A stretch of DNA of 64,000 nucleotides, taken from Adineta vaga. Its lineage: Eukaryota > Animalia > Rotifera. The notes under the pieces were generated by a model. That model saw only the letters and a list, made by a program, of their open reading frames with translations, had not been told where the DNA came from and did not search any database. The stretch lies in assembly GCA_021613535.1 (NCBI GenBank), contig CP075493.1, forward strand, positions 17,546,001-17,610,000, read 5' to 3'. Position numbers and translations under genes: made by a program. Below are positions 26,070-37,810 of the stretch, piece by piece. Positions within the stretch are counted from its first letter, which is position 1; every line of letters starts with the position of its first letter.

Positions 26070-27487
26070 ATGGCGTGCTTAATAATAACTATTGGTGTCC
26101 TTGCTTTTATCGTTAGCGGTGGCAACAGCATGAATTGTCCAAATCGACAGTGGATCGAAGAGTCGTTGAACAAGTCTCATATTCCAGGAGCCGTTATCGT
26201 TGTTATTAATGCTACTCATACACTCTACGAGCAAGGTTTTGGCTACCAATCTCTTTCTCCACCACAAATGATGGATGTAGAAAAATCCATTTTTAGTGTG
26301 GCTTCGATCTCGAAAACATTCATTGCTACTGCTGTCATGCAACTTGTTGAAGAGGAACGTGTTGATCTCGATGCAGATATCAATCAATATTTATCGGAAT
26401 CACGTTATTGTATTTTTCATCCGAAGTATCCTTCTCATTCGATTACTCTGCGTAAATTACTTTCGCATTCAGCATCGATCGCTGTAGATGAATATCTACA
26501 ACTCAGCTTGTATCGCCCGGGTGATGTTGCCTTCGAACAGTCAACATTAGCTGATACATTGTTGCCCAATGTGAATTGGAATAGTTCTCATTGGCTACCA
26601 AAACCACCAGGTAGTGTGACATTTTATTCGAATGATGGTTCATCACTAGCTGGATTAGTCGTTGAACGGATGACAAATATGTCTTATGATAGATATGTTA
26701 AAGAAAAAATTCTCCAACCACTTAATATCGATATCAACAAAGTAGGTATTAGACTAGCCGATTTTGCAAATAGAGAAGAGCTCGTCAAGCATTATGCCTA
26801 TGCTTTCAATGCGTCTCATCTCAGTTCGTGGACAGAAGGAATGCCACAATAAAATGTGACACCGTTGCTGGTATAAGTACAAAAATAAAATTTCTAAAAT
26901 TAATATCTATATTTTCTTGACAGGAAAGTTTTCCAACTTGGCTATACATTCCTTTCTTTGGCTTCAATGTCTATCCTTCTGGTCTCTTTCGCATGTCAGC
27001 TCGTTCTTTATCTGTATTTCTTCGAATTTTTATCAACAATGGATCTTCTCTTCTCAGTCCTCGATCAATTGCTGAAATGCAGATAGTGGTCGGTGGTGGT
27101 CTCATTCCATACTATGGACAAGATGCGACCAACAATTCAGAAGAGACATCACCCATCAAAGTTGGACTCAGTTGGTATTGGCAGACTTTGAGCGATGGAC
27201 GGCGATATATTGGTCATACTGGTTCACTTCCAGGTGCGTTACATTGGATGTTGGTCAATGAAAAGCATAATTTAGGAATGATTATTCTCACTAATGGAGA
27301 TGGTAATGTTCCAAGTGATCGATCGAAAGAAATTCATCAACTATTTCAAAATATTAGTCTTGCACTATTTCAATGTTTCGAAACTGATATTATTAATTCG
27401 TCTGCATGTCGTACAAATGTCACTTTCTTTAGATTTTCAACAATTATTTTGCTTCTTTTTCTTATACGAACATCTTTTTCTACATAA
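26070..27487 (+). pseudogene. Beta-lactamase-family serine hydrolase (AmpC-like), secreted and possibly GPI-anchored, with a premature stop
   Basis: Signal peptide, SxxK (ASISKT), LLSHSA, YSN, GHTG and a hydrophobic C-tail. In-frame TAA at 26850-26852 (MPQ*NVTPLL), then an intron at ~26872-26923. Confidence 0.85.
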
Positions 27488-27566
27488 AATAGAAAAGCGA
27501 ATTTAATACACATCTTGAGGATAAGGATGAATAAAAGCTATCACAATGCATTTCGATCTAGTTAAA

Positions 27567-27619
27567 CATCTTGAGAGTGTGGGTGTGAAAGAAGAGGAGA
27601 TACCCACACCCTCAAGATG
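27567..27619. repeat. Telomeric palindrome TP14 (longest conserved termini)
   Basis: CATCTTGAGAGTGTGGGTGTG, spacer AAAGAAGAGGAGAT, then ACCCACACCCTCAAGATG. A decayed CATCTTGAGG arm also lies at ~27511. Confidence 0.9.
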
Positions 27620-28487
27620 GTTATATGAATTACGTGTTGTACAAATCTTTCTGAATATCTGATTAGATGACTGGGCGTTCAGAAATAAAAATACACGAAA
27701 TTTCTAATGAATAGATCATACAAAAATATAAATAAGAAAGGAATGTGATTATAACTTGTTACAATACTGTTACCTGACTATTTGTAGCTGTTTTCTTCGA
27801 ATATTCATATTTCCTAGCTATATTATTGCAAAAGGGATGAATCAAATATGTATAAAACATCCTCTTCATCTATATGAGCAGATACATCCACCCTTCGGTG
27901 AAATAACCCTTACGACAAGTCATAAAAAAACACAGAAAGTAAAGATATACACTATGCTTCACTCGGTAGTTGATTTCAAGTGTAGGTGAAAGGAAAAAAG
28001 AAGTTTGACATCATCAAACTTCTGTTGCGTTCTCTGAAATAAGAATTTTGTTGGAAAGAAATTTTTTCTTTCTCATTCCTATTCCTTCAACCTCCCACAG
28101 AACACCATCATTTTGATATCGATATCAACACAAAAGAACAAAAAACAGAACACGTTATTTCCTTGTCATAATATGATCCACACAAGAGAAACACTGTCAG
28201 TAAAAAAGATAGTAGGATTAAGCTATGCGGATAAATTACGGGAAAAAATATTGAAGAAATATTCCATTAAGGTGTTGTATCAATCATCATCGGTAGGTAA
28301 CAGTATTTTCAAGAACAGTGCATCATGTATTGAGATTAGCAGATTTTTATCAACTAAAAATAATGATTTCAGATCGATTTGCACCTGATTTTAGTCTATA
28401 GTGGGAGTAGATAGATAAGATAACGATATTGAGAACAAACGTTATTAGCATCTTTTATTGATTTAAACCGAAGACTTTTTTATTTAG

Positions 28488-30707
28488 TCGTTTCACGGCA
28501 AGACATCTGCAGATGAATCTATTCTAACAAAATTATGCCTGACTTTCTGTAACGCAAAGAAGGTAATTTGTTCTGGTAGTACAGTAGAAGGAAATGCAGC
28601 TGCTAATCATTTTCGTCAGGACAATAAACTGCAAGATTTCGATTATATGATCGAAATCGGTCGATTATATTCCGACGAGCAGATATTACCTGTTCGAAAT
28701 GCTCCGGGTTTCGTCATGGTTAAATGGGCAGATGACGATGAGACTGCGTATCTACCACATGATGATGGATTTGTCAATGGCTTTCAAATAAAAAAACTTT
28801 ATGCAGAATATGTTCGTGAGCAAGGTTTATTATTGGGCAGTAGAAGTGATACAAAACCGGAATCGGCTAGTGTACAGTGTGCGATGAACCTTGACATGTC
28901 TCGTATCTATTCCTCATTGCATGATGCACTTAAATACATTGAAACAATCGAACGAAACGAAATCAAGAGAAGAAATTTTCTTGCATATTGTAGATGTTGC
29001 GAAGATTATATGAAAATTGAATGTTCGAAGTTCGCTGATTTTCCTATCTCCGTACTCTGAGATGTACAGTATTACGAAGATGCATTTTCCTTATTGAGTC
29101 CAGCCTTCGGTTTTCAATTGTCAAATGATCAAAGGGCAAAAATTGAACAGATTTTAGATTTTTATTTCAAGTATGGATTACATATGAATCCCATAACACT
29201 ACACCGATTATTCAGTGAACAAGTACAACCAGAATTATCTTCTATGGACTTGGACTTGGTTCCTTCGTTGAAGCTAGAATTCTGGCCACATAATATGCAA
29301 TGGTTCCTCGAACGACTAAAAAGAAACCGACCATTGTTGTTTGAAAAAATTGAACCATTGCACATGCATATTGTACCAAAATGGTCTGGACAAGCAATAG
29401 GCAAAGAAATGCGCAAAACTCTGCGGTTTCGTTACTCGTATTCTTTGATCGAGATTAAACTAGCTGAACAGCGTTAACCAATCGAACAAATTTTGAACCG
29501 AGTAGCTCGTGGTCTGTTTTATAAATACATACATAAGAGTGCAATGGCTACATCATTGTCATCTGTTGAACAATACGTTCCATCATATTTTGTTAAAACT
29601 ACTGTCTTATGGATGTGTGAAACAATCGATTTAGATCATATTTATACTCTTATGATGGCTGACGATTCTCGAGAGGAAAAATTCTTGGCTGATCGGCTGG
29701 CCAAACGATGGATTGAATATGTATGTCCAATTCTTGAATCAACTATTTGTCCACATTATTTTATCAAAGATCTGAACATACTTGATGGATATTCGAAACA
29801 GTATTTGGACGAATTAGCATTTATTCTGCAAAACAATGTGGATCTTGACGATGAGCATGTTCCCTGTTCTCAGTTAAAAACAAGCAATCATAACGATGAA
29901 ATGATGGAACATCAGAATCAACTAGAAAAAATTACTATTGAACTAATAGATCAACCTGATTTTATTCAAGACTGTATTACACTTTGTGCGGACATGTCAT
30001 TAGATGAAAATTTTATCAAGATGCTCGTCAGTGAGGACGATGACAATAGTGATAGTGATACTGATGACGAGGATGCTTACATCGGTATATCTGCTGTTTC
30101 ACAAGGCTTTCTCTTACTACTGTTGATGGCTTTGTATGACGATTCCAATAGAAATAACTGGCAGTTATGAAAAGCATTGATCATTAGCGATGTGTCTCAT
30201 TGCTCGCCTATATTACATTCAGATCGGAAATTTATGAAAGAAAACGTGTCGTATCTTGCACTAATAATGGGTGCGGTAATCGGTGCGAAATCGATTGATA
30301 GTTTACTAACACATAGAGAGCTAGATACTATACTCAAATCGACACTTTTGTCACCATTATTGAACTTAAGTAATATAATGAACGATAATGTAACTCGAAC
30401 TTATCCATTATTATCACAACTAATAATGGGTCAGATACATAGCCGGCCAGTCACGCAAGATCCATCCGAAAATATCAACCAGTTTGTCGATATTTTCCAA
30501 GACTATTTCAATGTGGTTAGTGAATTGTTCCGTTCAAATCGCGCACGCATGTCTAATATTTTAACTCCAGAAATAATTGAAACTGCAAGTCAAACTGATT
30601 TCATGAAAGATGAATCAACGATAAGAGAAGAAATCACGTCAGAAAATCAAGTGCTAGGAAAACATCGGATCCTGCTCGAATCAATTCCGGATATCGAATT
30701 GGATTGA
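28488..30707 (+). pseudogene. cGAS-like receptor / Mab-21-family nucleotidyltransferase with three in-frame stops
   Basis: ICSGSTVEG...QDFDYM (G-S...DxD) and MDLDLVP; Mab-21 motifs FRYSYSLIEIKL, SYFVKTTVLWMCE and CPHYFIKDLNIL. ORFs at 28647, 29094, 29493 and 30177 share one frame, separated by TGA, TAA and TGA. The final stop lies inside TP15. Confidence 0.85.
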
Positions 30708-30756
30708 GGGTGTGGATGTGAAGATAAAAGTAAAAGAGTTAGGCACACCCACACCC
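30704..30756. repeat. Telomeric palindrome TP15
   Basis: TTGAGGGTGTGGATGTG, spacer AAGATAAAAGTAAAAGAGTTAGG, then CACACCCACACCC. Confidence 0.85.
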
Positions 30757-32360
30757 ATCTACAACAATTCTTCCATTTTATTTCCATTTTTTGACATCAG
30801 TTTCTGCAAAAGAAAAGTATACTAAAATTCTATTTTGAGAAGAAATTTCATCTGTAATTTTATTTTCTTACACACAAAATAAAACGAAAACAATGCTTTT
30901 CATAATATTTCTCAATAAAATTTCGATTTAAAAAAAAACCAAAATTATTCAAAATAACATTTTTCAACATATGTGTTTCTCAAAGAAATCGATTGAATCT
31001 TATTTTCCTCGAAAGGTCAATTACATTCTTTCAAAGAATAAAAATTCGATTCTTTTTCTTTCCGGATAATTATACATATAAAGATGATGAAATATTTGTT
31101 CAGAAAGAAAAGAAAAAAAGAATCAATAAGTATATTTAAGACTGCACGAAAAATATTTTGTAAACTTATTTTTATATATCAAATAAGAAAAAAAGGAAAT
31201 AGTTATGTCAATAACAGTACGTGAGACGCAACATTACAAAACGATGATGAAACAAATGACAACACATAAGATAAAAATGAATGGTTACGAAAAACTGAAA
31301 GGATTGTTGTTGAATGCTCTCATTCAAGTCATAATCAGAACTATTATCAATCATGCAATTTCTATGAAGAGTCCGTCTATTATGGTGATGGTGGTAAAAA
31401 ATGTCTCAACTATCGAGTTTGGATACGCGATGATATATTCAAATATATGAATGATTTGGAAACTGATATAAGATATAAGAATTGTTAGACATATTTTATG
31501 CATTAAATGACAAACGAAAAGATTTCCATAAATATCCATCACACATCCACTTGATGCCGCGAATGAATAGTCTTGTTATGGAACATAAAGAACTATGCAA
31601 TACGTTTTCTTTTCTTCTATGTCTACAAATATACATACATATTTCCTTCGTTCTGTTAAGTATAACCTCGACATGTTGTATTGATCTTACAAATGTGTGG
31701 ATGTGCACTCGTTTATTTTATCCTTTAAGAAGCTCTCTGTTATTCAGATAAAGCCTATCACATTACCAAATACGAATCTAACGGGTCTTCTCTGTTCTAA
31801 TTGGTTTATTTTCTTGATATGAAATAAACTACATTTCGTATAACTGATACTTTATCTTCTATTTACTTTACTTTTTCAAAGTGAAATAAAGATAAAGTTC
31901 CATCTCTGTTTCTTCGGCTAGCGTGTTTTGTTCACTTCCTAGGATCATCCAAATCGGTAGTAAGACAATAGGTGTCTAAATCCATACTACTTGCATACAT
32001 ACTGGTGAATATTTTATTAACGAGTAAATTAGTAAGTCTGTAGTAGTCGCAATAGAACCGCATAAGTCATATTTTTCTGTCATGTATCGTATCAGTATAT
32101 CCGATGTCAATTTTGCTGTACACCCCTGTACGGTGCTAGAACACAACATGATCTTATTTTTACCGTTAAAAGTATATTGAAAAATGCTTGCTTATTCAGA
32201 CTATACATCACAATAGATAATAGTATGTGACACATACTATGTGTTAAAAAAGAAGATGACATTCAACAAAATCAAGATATTTTAATTTTGAGTTTACGTG
32301 AACTTTTAATATACTTTCATTTTTTTCCAAAGCGCTTAAACTTTCAAAAGATATCCTCAA

Positions 32361-32928
32361 GTGTATCTACACAAGTTCGAATTACTCTATTCATTGAGCA
32401 ACCTCAACCAACGTTTTCGAAATATTCTCACACCTTATTTCGACGATATAAATCTGACTGAAGCAGAAGATCAATCTTATAAATACATTGACTTTCTAAT
32501 CAAGTTTATTATTCCGACTTTGGGACATGACATTTATTCTCTGAAAATCCCTGAAACATATACGTATACTTGATAATCGTATTCGTTACTTAACTAACCT
32601 CAATACTTTGATGTTGACATTTGAATGGCATCGGTACTATTACTTTTATGTATCCAAAGAAATTCTATCACAGCCTACTTTAACTGAACTTACTCTTGTA
32701 GGACTAAGTCGATAAGAATCAAAGGAAATTTTTTCTACAATAACTCATAATTTGACCACGCTAACTTCAATCTGTCACGATAATCTAAATGATTTCGATT
32801 ATGAAGTGCAAATGCCATATATTAGGTGTGTCGATCAGTGTAGAGGGCATTACCATACTTGGGAAAGTTCTCAAAGTTACAAAGAATATCGAAGAATTGA
32901 ACTTATCTATGTCTACCTTTGGTTATTT
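32361..32928 (+). pseudogene. F-box/LRR-type protein remnant ending at a telomeric C-arm (32929-32952)
   Basis: FELLYSLSNLNQRFRNIL, typical of bdelloid F-box-like proteins, and LRR-like LGKVLKVTKNIEELNLS. The fragments are frameshifted and followed by CACCCTCATCCACCCATCCACCCT. Confidence 0.5.
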
Positions 32929-33124
32929 CACCCTCATCCACCCATCCACCCTTTTCTCCGCTTGTCATAAGCAACAAGAAAAGAACCATACATGTTTACA
33001 GTCAATTTCAAGCTGGTTTTTTTATTGATAACTAAAAAGAGCATATAAAAAATAGTGGCCCTTTCGAAGTATCTCATTGTAAGTCTTATACATATTATGT
33101 AATCTTATAGAAACAGACACGCAT

Positions 33125-33709
33125 TCAAATTGATGCTGGCAAGTTTATCGCAGGCATGTTAATATCAGCTCCGTCTTCATACTGCGTCAGCTCCACTGTC
33201 AAAAATCCACCCGATATTTCAACTCCGTCACCTTTAGCTACAACATCGACCACATGTAAGCCACCTGACAGATAAATTATATCAGTTTTTGAACAATGAA
33301 ACCATTCATGTATATTGTTGTTGGAACGAAATGAGCCATCGGCACCGTCGCCATGTGACATATTTGAAGTGAGCTTGTCGCCGATTATTAAATGATTGTC
33401 CACGCGTATTCGCATGAACATATGTGTATTCACTATTCGACAAACAGCTTGATATCGGATACGATAAAGCATAGGCGTTTGATGGTAAAAAGGGAAAACG
33501 AGGCCTGGGATTTGAATATAAACGGTAGGTGGATTAAGAATAAATGTGTAAACAGTCTGGAACTTTCGATAGAAGCGTTGTGCTTGTATTAGGCAGTTGG
33601 AACTTTTGGGCTGTGTCTGGTTGATGTAGATTACATCGGATGGCTGAACCAAACTATTTACTTCAAAAAAAGTGAAAATAAGTATAATTGAAATTTGAAT
33701 GAGATGTAT
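33125..33709 (-). pseudogene. Secreted protein of unknown function with an apparently lost start codon
   Basis: The ORF extends upstream as IHLIQISIILIFTFFEVNSLVQP, a signal peptide starting at ATA 33709-33707. An in-frame TGA lies two codons upstream, so ATG->ATA is inferred. Confidence 0.5.
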
Positions 33710-34260
33710 TTTTCAAATCAAGTTTTTGTATATGTTGTCAGTGAAGTGAAATACGCAGTCTTTTTATTCAACTGTTTTATCATTATTTTCGACGATAAAA
33801 AAGCACTTCATATATATATATGAATACTTAAATAGCGATTATCATGATAAGAAAAGTAAATTTAATCCACCCTTATCAGCATCTGGATTCGGATTTATCC
33901 GATTAATTCTTTGAGAGCGAAAGCCATAAATTTCCAACTTCAGAATTTGAATAATGTACTTAAATGAGAGACTACAAGGATATATTTGTTTTATAGGAAT
34001 TTGTTCTAAGATTTACACGCACAAAATGGTATCTTTATTCGTTTCTTCTATCGAATAATTTTTATACAAGAAGTAATTTAGATAGTTGTCGATATTCGCT
34101 ATACAGGATTATAGACATATGAAAATGCAAAGAAACAAAATCATATTTTCATCTTTATAGATTCTCGAATTGAGAGTGACAAACTCGCTGTGATAGTTCG
34201 GAAATAAGAAACAAATCTGAAGGTTCAAAAAGATTATTCATTCTTCTTCACAAATAAAAA

Positions 34261-36563
34261 TTACATTTTTTCCTTTATACGTTCAAGATTGTCTTTTCGT
34301 AATTGTAAAATTGGATCATCTGGTGATAATGAACGTTCTCCATTTTCTATAGAACGTACAAGAAATGAACAAGCTTTTACGTGATTTTCCATGTTTTCAT
34401 ATGTAACACCAATATTATTGAAAGATGCACCTAAATCAGGATGATTCTCAGGTAATGCTTTTTCTCGAATTTCAAGAGCTTTCTCATGATTTGAAAGTGC
34501 TTTCGAATGATCAGACATGCTATTATATACTAAACCAATATTATTGTAGAGTTCAGCCAAATCCAGATGATTGGGAGAAAGTGTTTTTTGACGAATTTCA
34601 AGAGCTTTTTCAAAAGAACTTAGTGCTTTGGAATAATTACCGTTGTTGTAAGCTAGCATACCAATATCCATGAGGCACACAACTAAACCAGGATGATTCG
34701 AAGGAAAGATTTTCTCATTAATTATAAGTTCTTTTTCAAAATATGAAATAGCTGCTGGATAATCATTCAAACTGACACATAATAAACCAACATTTCCGTA
34801 AGATTTAGCCAAATCTAGATGATCAGAAGGAAGGAATTGTTCACGAATTTTAAGAGCTTCTGTATGAGATAAAATTGCTTTTGATGTATTATCCATTTTA
34901 GAATAAATTATACCAATGCTAAAATATAAATTTGCTAAATCAAGTTGATTAGTAGGAGGAGTTTTCTGATAGATAGCTATGGATTTTTCATAGAATGTTA
35001 TTGCCTCCGAATATTTTTCTTCAATATTTTTAATCAGACCAAGTTGATCATAAATAGCTGCTTTTTTAGTCACATCTTTTGTTTGATCAAGTAGAAATTG
35101 ATAGAATTGTTCAGCTTTATCAAAATAATTCATTTTAATTAAAATTGAACCTAATTGAAACCATCCTTGTTTATCAGGAGTATTGTCTTGTCGAATATAA
35201 TTTGTTAAGACAGCAAGATCTTTATCTTTATCATTAATAAGTGTTAAATTGACTTCTTGAATTCGATTATTTGCAGTTAATCGTTTAATATCATTAATTC
35301 GAAAAAGTGTAGGCATTGAAAATAAAATTCCATCTTCTGTATGAGAATGACTATAACATCACGAATAGAAGCAAATGGAATACTTGATGATTGAGAAGGA
35401 TCAATTTTCATAATAAACATAATACCCACTAAATCACCTTTTGTTCCATTATCTTGAGCAAAACTCAGTGAATGCTTAGAATTTTTACTTGTCAAGAGAA
35501 AATTATTAAATGAAATTAATCCACCTCGACTTGTTTTCAATTGTTCAAAATCTACTTTAGTTAAACCTTGAGCATGATATACTGTAAAGATTGCAGAAGA
35601 TGATGATTTACTTTTATATTGTTCTTGATGAAGTTGTACGATTTGTTGATGAAGATCGACAATAAAAAAACTTATACATGTTATCATCTCACCATTCATA
35701 GTTCGTAGTGCATAATTGAGCATTGGATTTAAAAAACAATCGTTGGTATACCACCATATAGGTGTTTGATTACGATATTTGCTTTCGAATTCTTTAACAT
35801 CATTTAATTCTTCTTCATTGTTTGCAAATAATTCACGACAATAATCAATGAATTCTTTTAAATGTTTTTCTTCAAAATTACTGGTTAATATGACTTCCTT
35901 AAGAATATGAGTATATAAGAAAGGCAAATCTAATTGATCCAAATCTATAGTTGAAGGTAAAAAGCTAAGTGGTATGGTATTTTGTTCACTTTGTTGAACT
36001 GATTTTTTAAGTGCTCGACAGATGGGTGGTGCATCTCGGAAAACACCGTTGATCTTGGTCCAGAGTTTAATCAATTGTTCGTCACGTGGTCTATTGTCAG
36101 AAAAGATAAAAACTGAATCTACTTGAGACATATCATGTATGCGAGATATGAATTCTTGTCCAAGTGATCCGAAAATGACTACACATACTTTCATATCATC
36201 ATTTCGAATAAATTCCAAACATTGATCACTATCCGAAAATGTAATAATATTATGAACAGCATGTTGCATTTCAGCAATAGCCTGTTGCCAATCTTTGCTT
36301 TTACTATCAGTATTGTTATACAAACAGATCATACGGATACTGCGAATGTTTTGGATATTGATACGACGTCGTTCGGGATCATGTTTGAAGGGTGGGTGTG
36401 GGTGTGGGTGTGGGTGTGGGTGTGGGTGTGGGTGTGGGTGTGGGTGTGGGTGTGGGTGTGGGTGAGCGGTGGGTGTGGGTGTGAGGGTGAAGATCAGAGG
36501 AAGACACCCACACCCACACCCACCCCTCTTGAAGATTCTTTTTCGTTTAATAATAAATTTCAT
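34261..36563 (-). pseudogene. ADP-ribosyltransferase-like domain plus TPR-repeat protein (bdelloid-expanded family); frameshifted, with TP17 in frame at the 5' end
   Basis: PIWWYT...LNYALR, VYHAQGL, GGLISFNNFLLTS, PFASI and EDGILFSM, then kinesin-light-chain-type TPRs (ALEIRQKTLSPNHLDLAELYNNIG). Frameshift at ~35354. Confidence 0.85.
36385..36534. repeat. Telomeric palindrome TP17, flanked by a TTGAAG direct repeat
   Basis: TTGAAG (36385-36390), (GGTGTG)n, spacer AAGATCAGAGGAAG, (ACACCC)n CCCTC, TTGAAG (36529-36534). Confidence 0.9.
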
Positions 36564-37810
36564 ATATTCTTCTTTTATATATCATACACTTTTTAATCTT
36601 AGTTTGCTTTGTTTTGAGTTTAATAGGTTGATTTCATTCTGTGTTGAATATACTACGTAACTTAGCACAACGTTTATGTCAATCATTATTAAAATAAAAT
36701 GTCATCCAGTACTGAATAAACTCTTTTGATAGAATATATTGTTACACGTATTTATGTTTATTTATTATTTATAACAATTCTTATTCTTACAATTATATTC
36801 AATTTTATTAAACGAACTATTGAGAAAATCTTGTAAAAGTTTTTGTGTAATAAAAGAGTAGATTAAATGAACTTCACTATATTAAATCGTTCATTTTTTC
36901 TTTATAAATAATGATTTTCGTTAGAATCGTCTTCTATTTTATTTCGAATGCATCGAAACAAACAAAAGGAAAGTCAATATATTAAATAATGAGTATCTTT
37001 TTTTTCTAACTATAAATAAATTAAAACATGAAAAAAGAAGCCGTAAGTTACGGGAGTATTAACAATATTTTTTTCACTTTTCTATCATCAAATCAATCAA
37101 GATAGAAGAAAAGCAACGTTTTTGAAAAAAATAATTATATTCTTTTAACGTTTAATCGAATTAAGCTGTAGAAAAAGTCATTAAAATGAACATAATGTGT
37201 AGAAAGATCAGTTCAAATTTCTATATCTCCTATAATACTATACTATCATATAGATTGTTACATTAGAAAATGAAATTATTTAAAAGTGTATTCGATAAAA
37301 GATAAAGTAAATGTGCAAACTTAAAAATCAATATTTATTCATCTTTTATATTGAATAACTCTATCGTAGACGATATTTTGGTGATAAACAAAATGATCAC
37401 ATGACCAGCAATAATCAACTTATATTATCCATACTAAAAACATTTCTTAGTATGTATTTATATTATTTAGCCACAAACCGATTCGAATAAACTTTCGAAT
37501 TGTCCAATTGTTCATTTCGAATGAGTTGAACTGTTTAAAAATAACTTGTTTTAAAACTGATCTAAACTTTGTAGATTCCTAGAAATGATAATAATATCTA
37601 CACAATTTATTACAAGTTTCTTTTATTAACAGAAATCCAATTAGAAGGCACGTATGAACACTTTAACAGGAGATTATGGTAAATGCACTGTAAAGCTTCT
37701 TTATTTCATTAAAATAAAGCACGTTCATGTGAAATTATTTCTTTTTGTTAATGATTTAATAGAAAAATCTCGTTTAGTTACCAACTATAGTCGAAGTTCT
37801 AACTGTTTCA

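Noticed and set aside
28647-30707. Stop-codon reassignment or readthrough explaining the in-frame stops
   Set aside because: TAA, TAG and TGA all occur as internal stops across the window, intact genes use them as terminators, and other genes carry frameshifts. Pseudogenisation is simpler.
31205-31520. Coding-like stretch (EWLRKTERIVVECSHSSH...KKCLNYRVW) in a frame with stops
   Set aside because: It is probably a decayed gene, but no family could be assigned.
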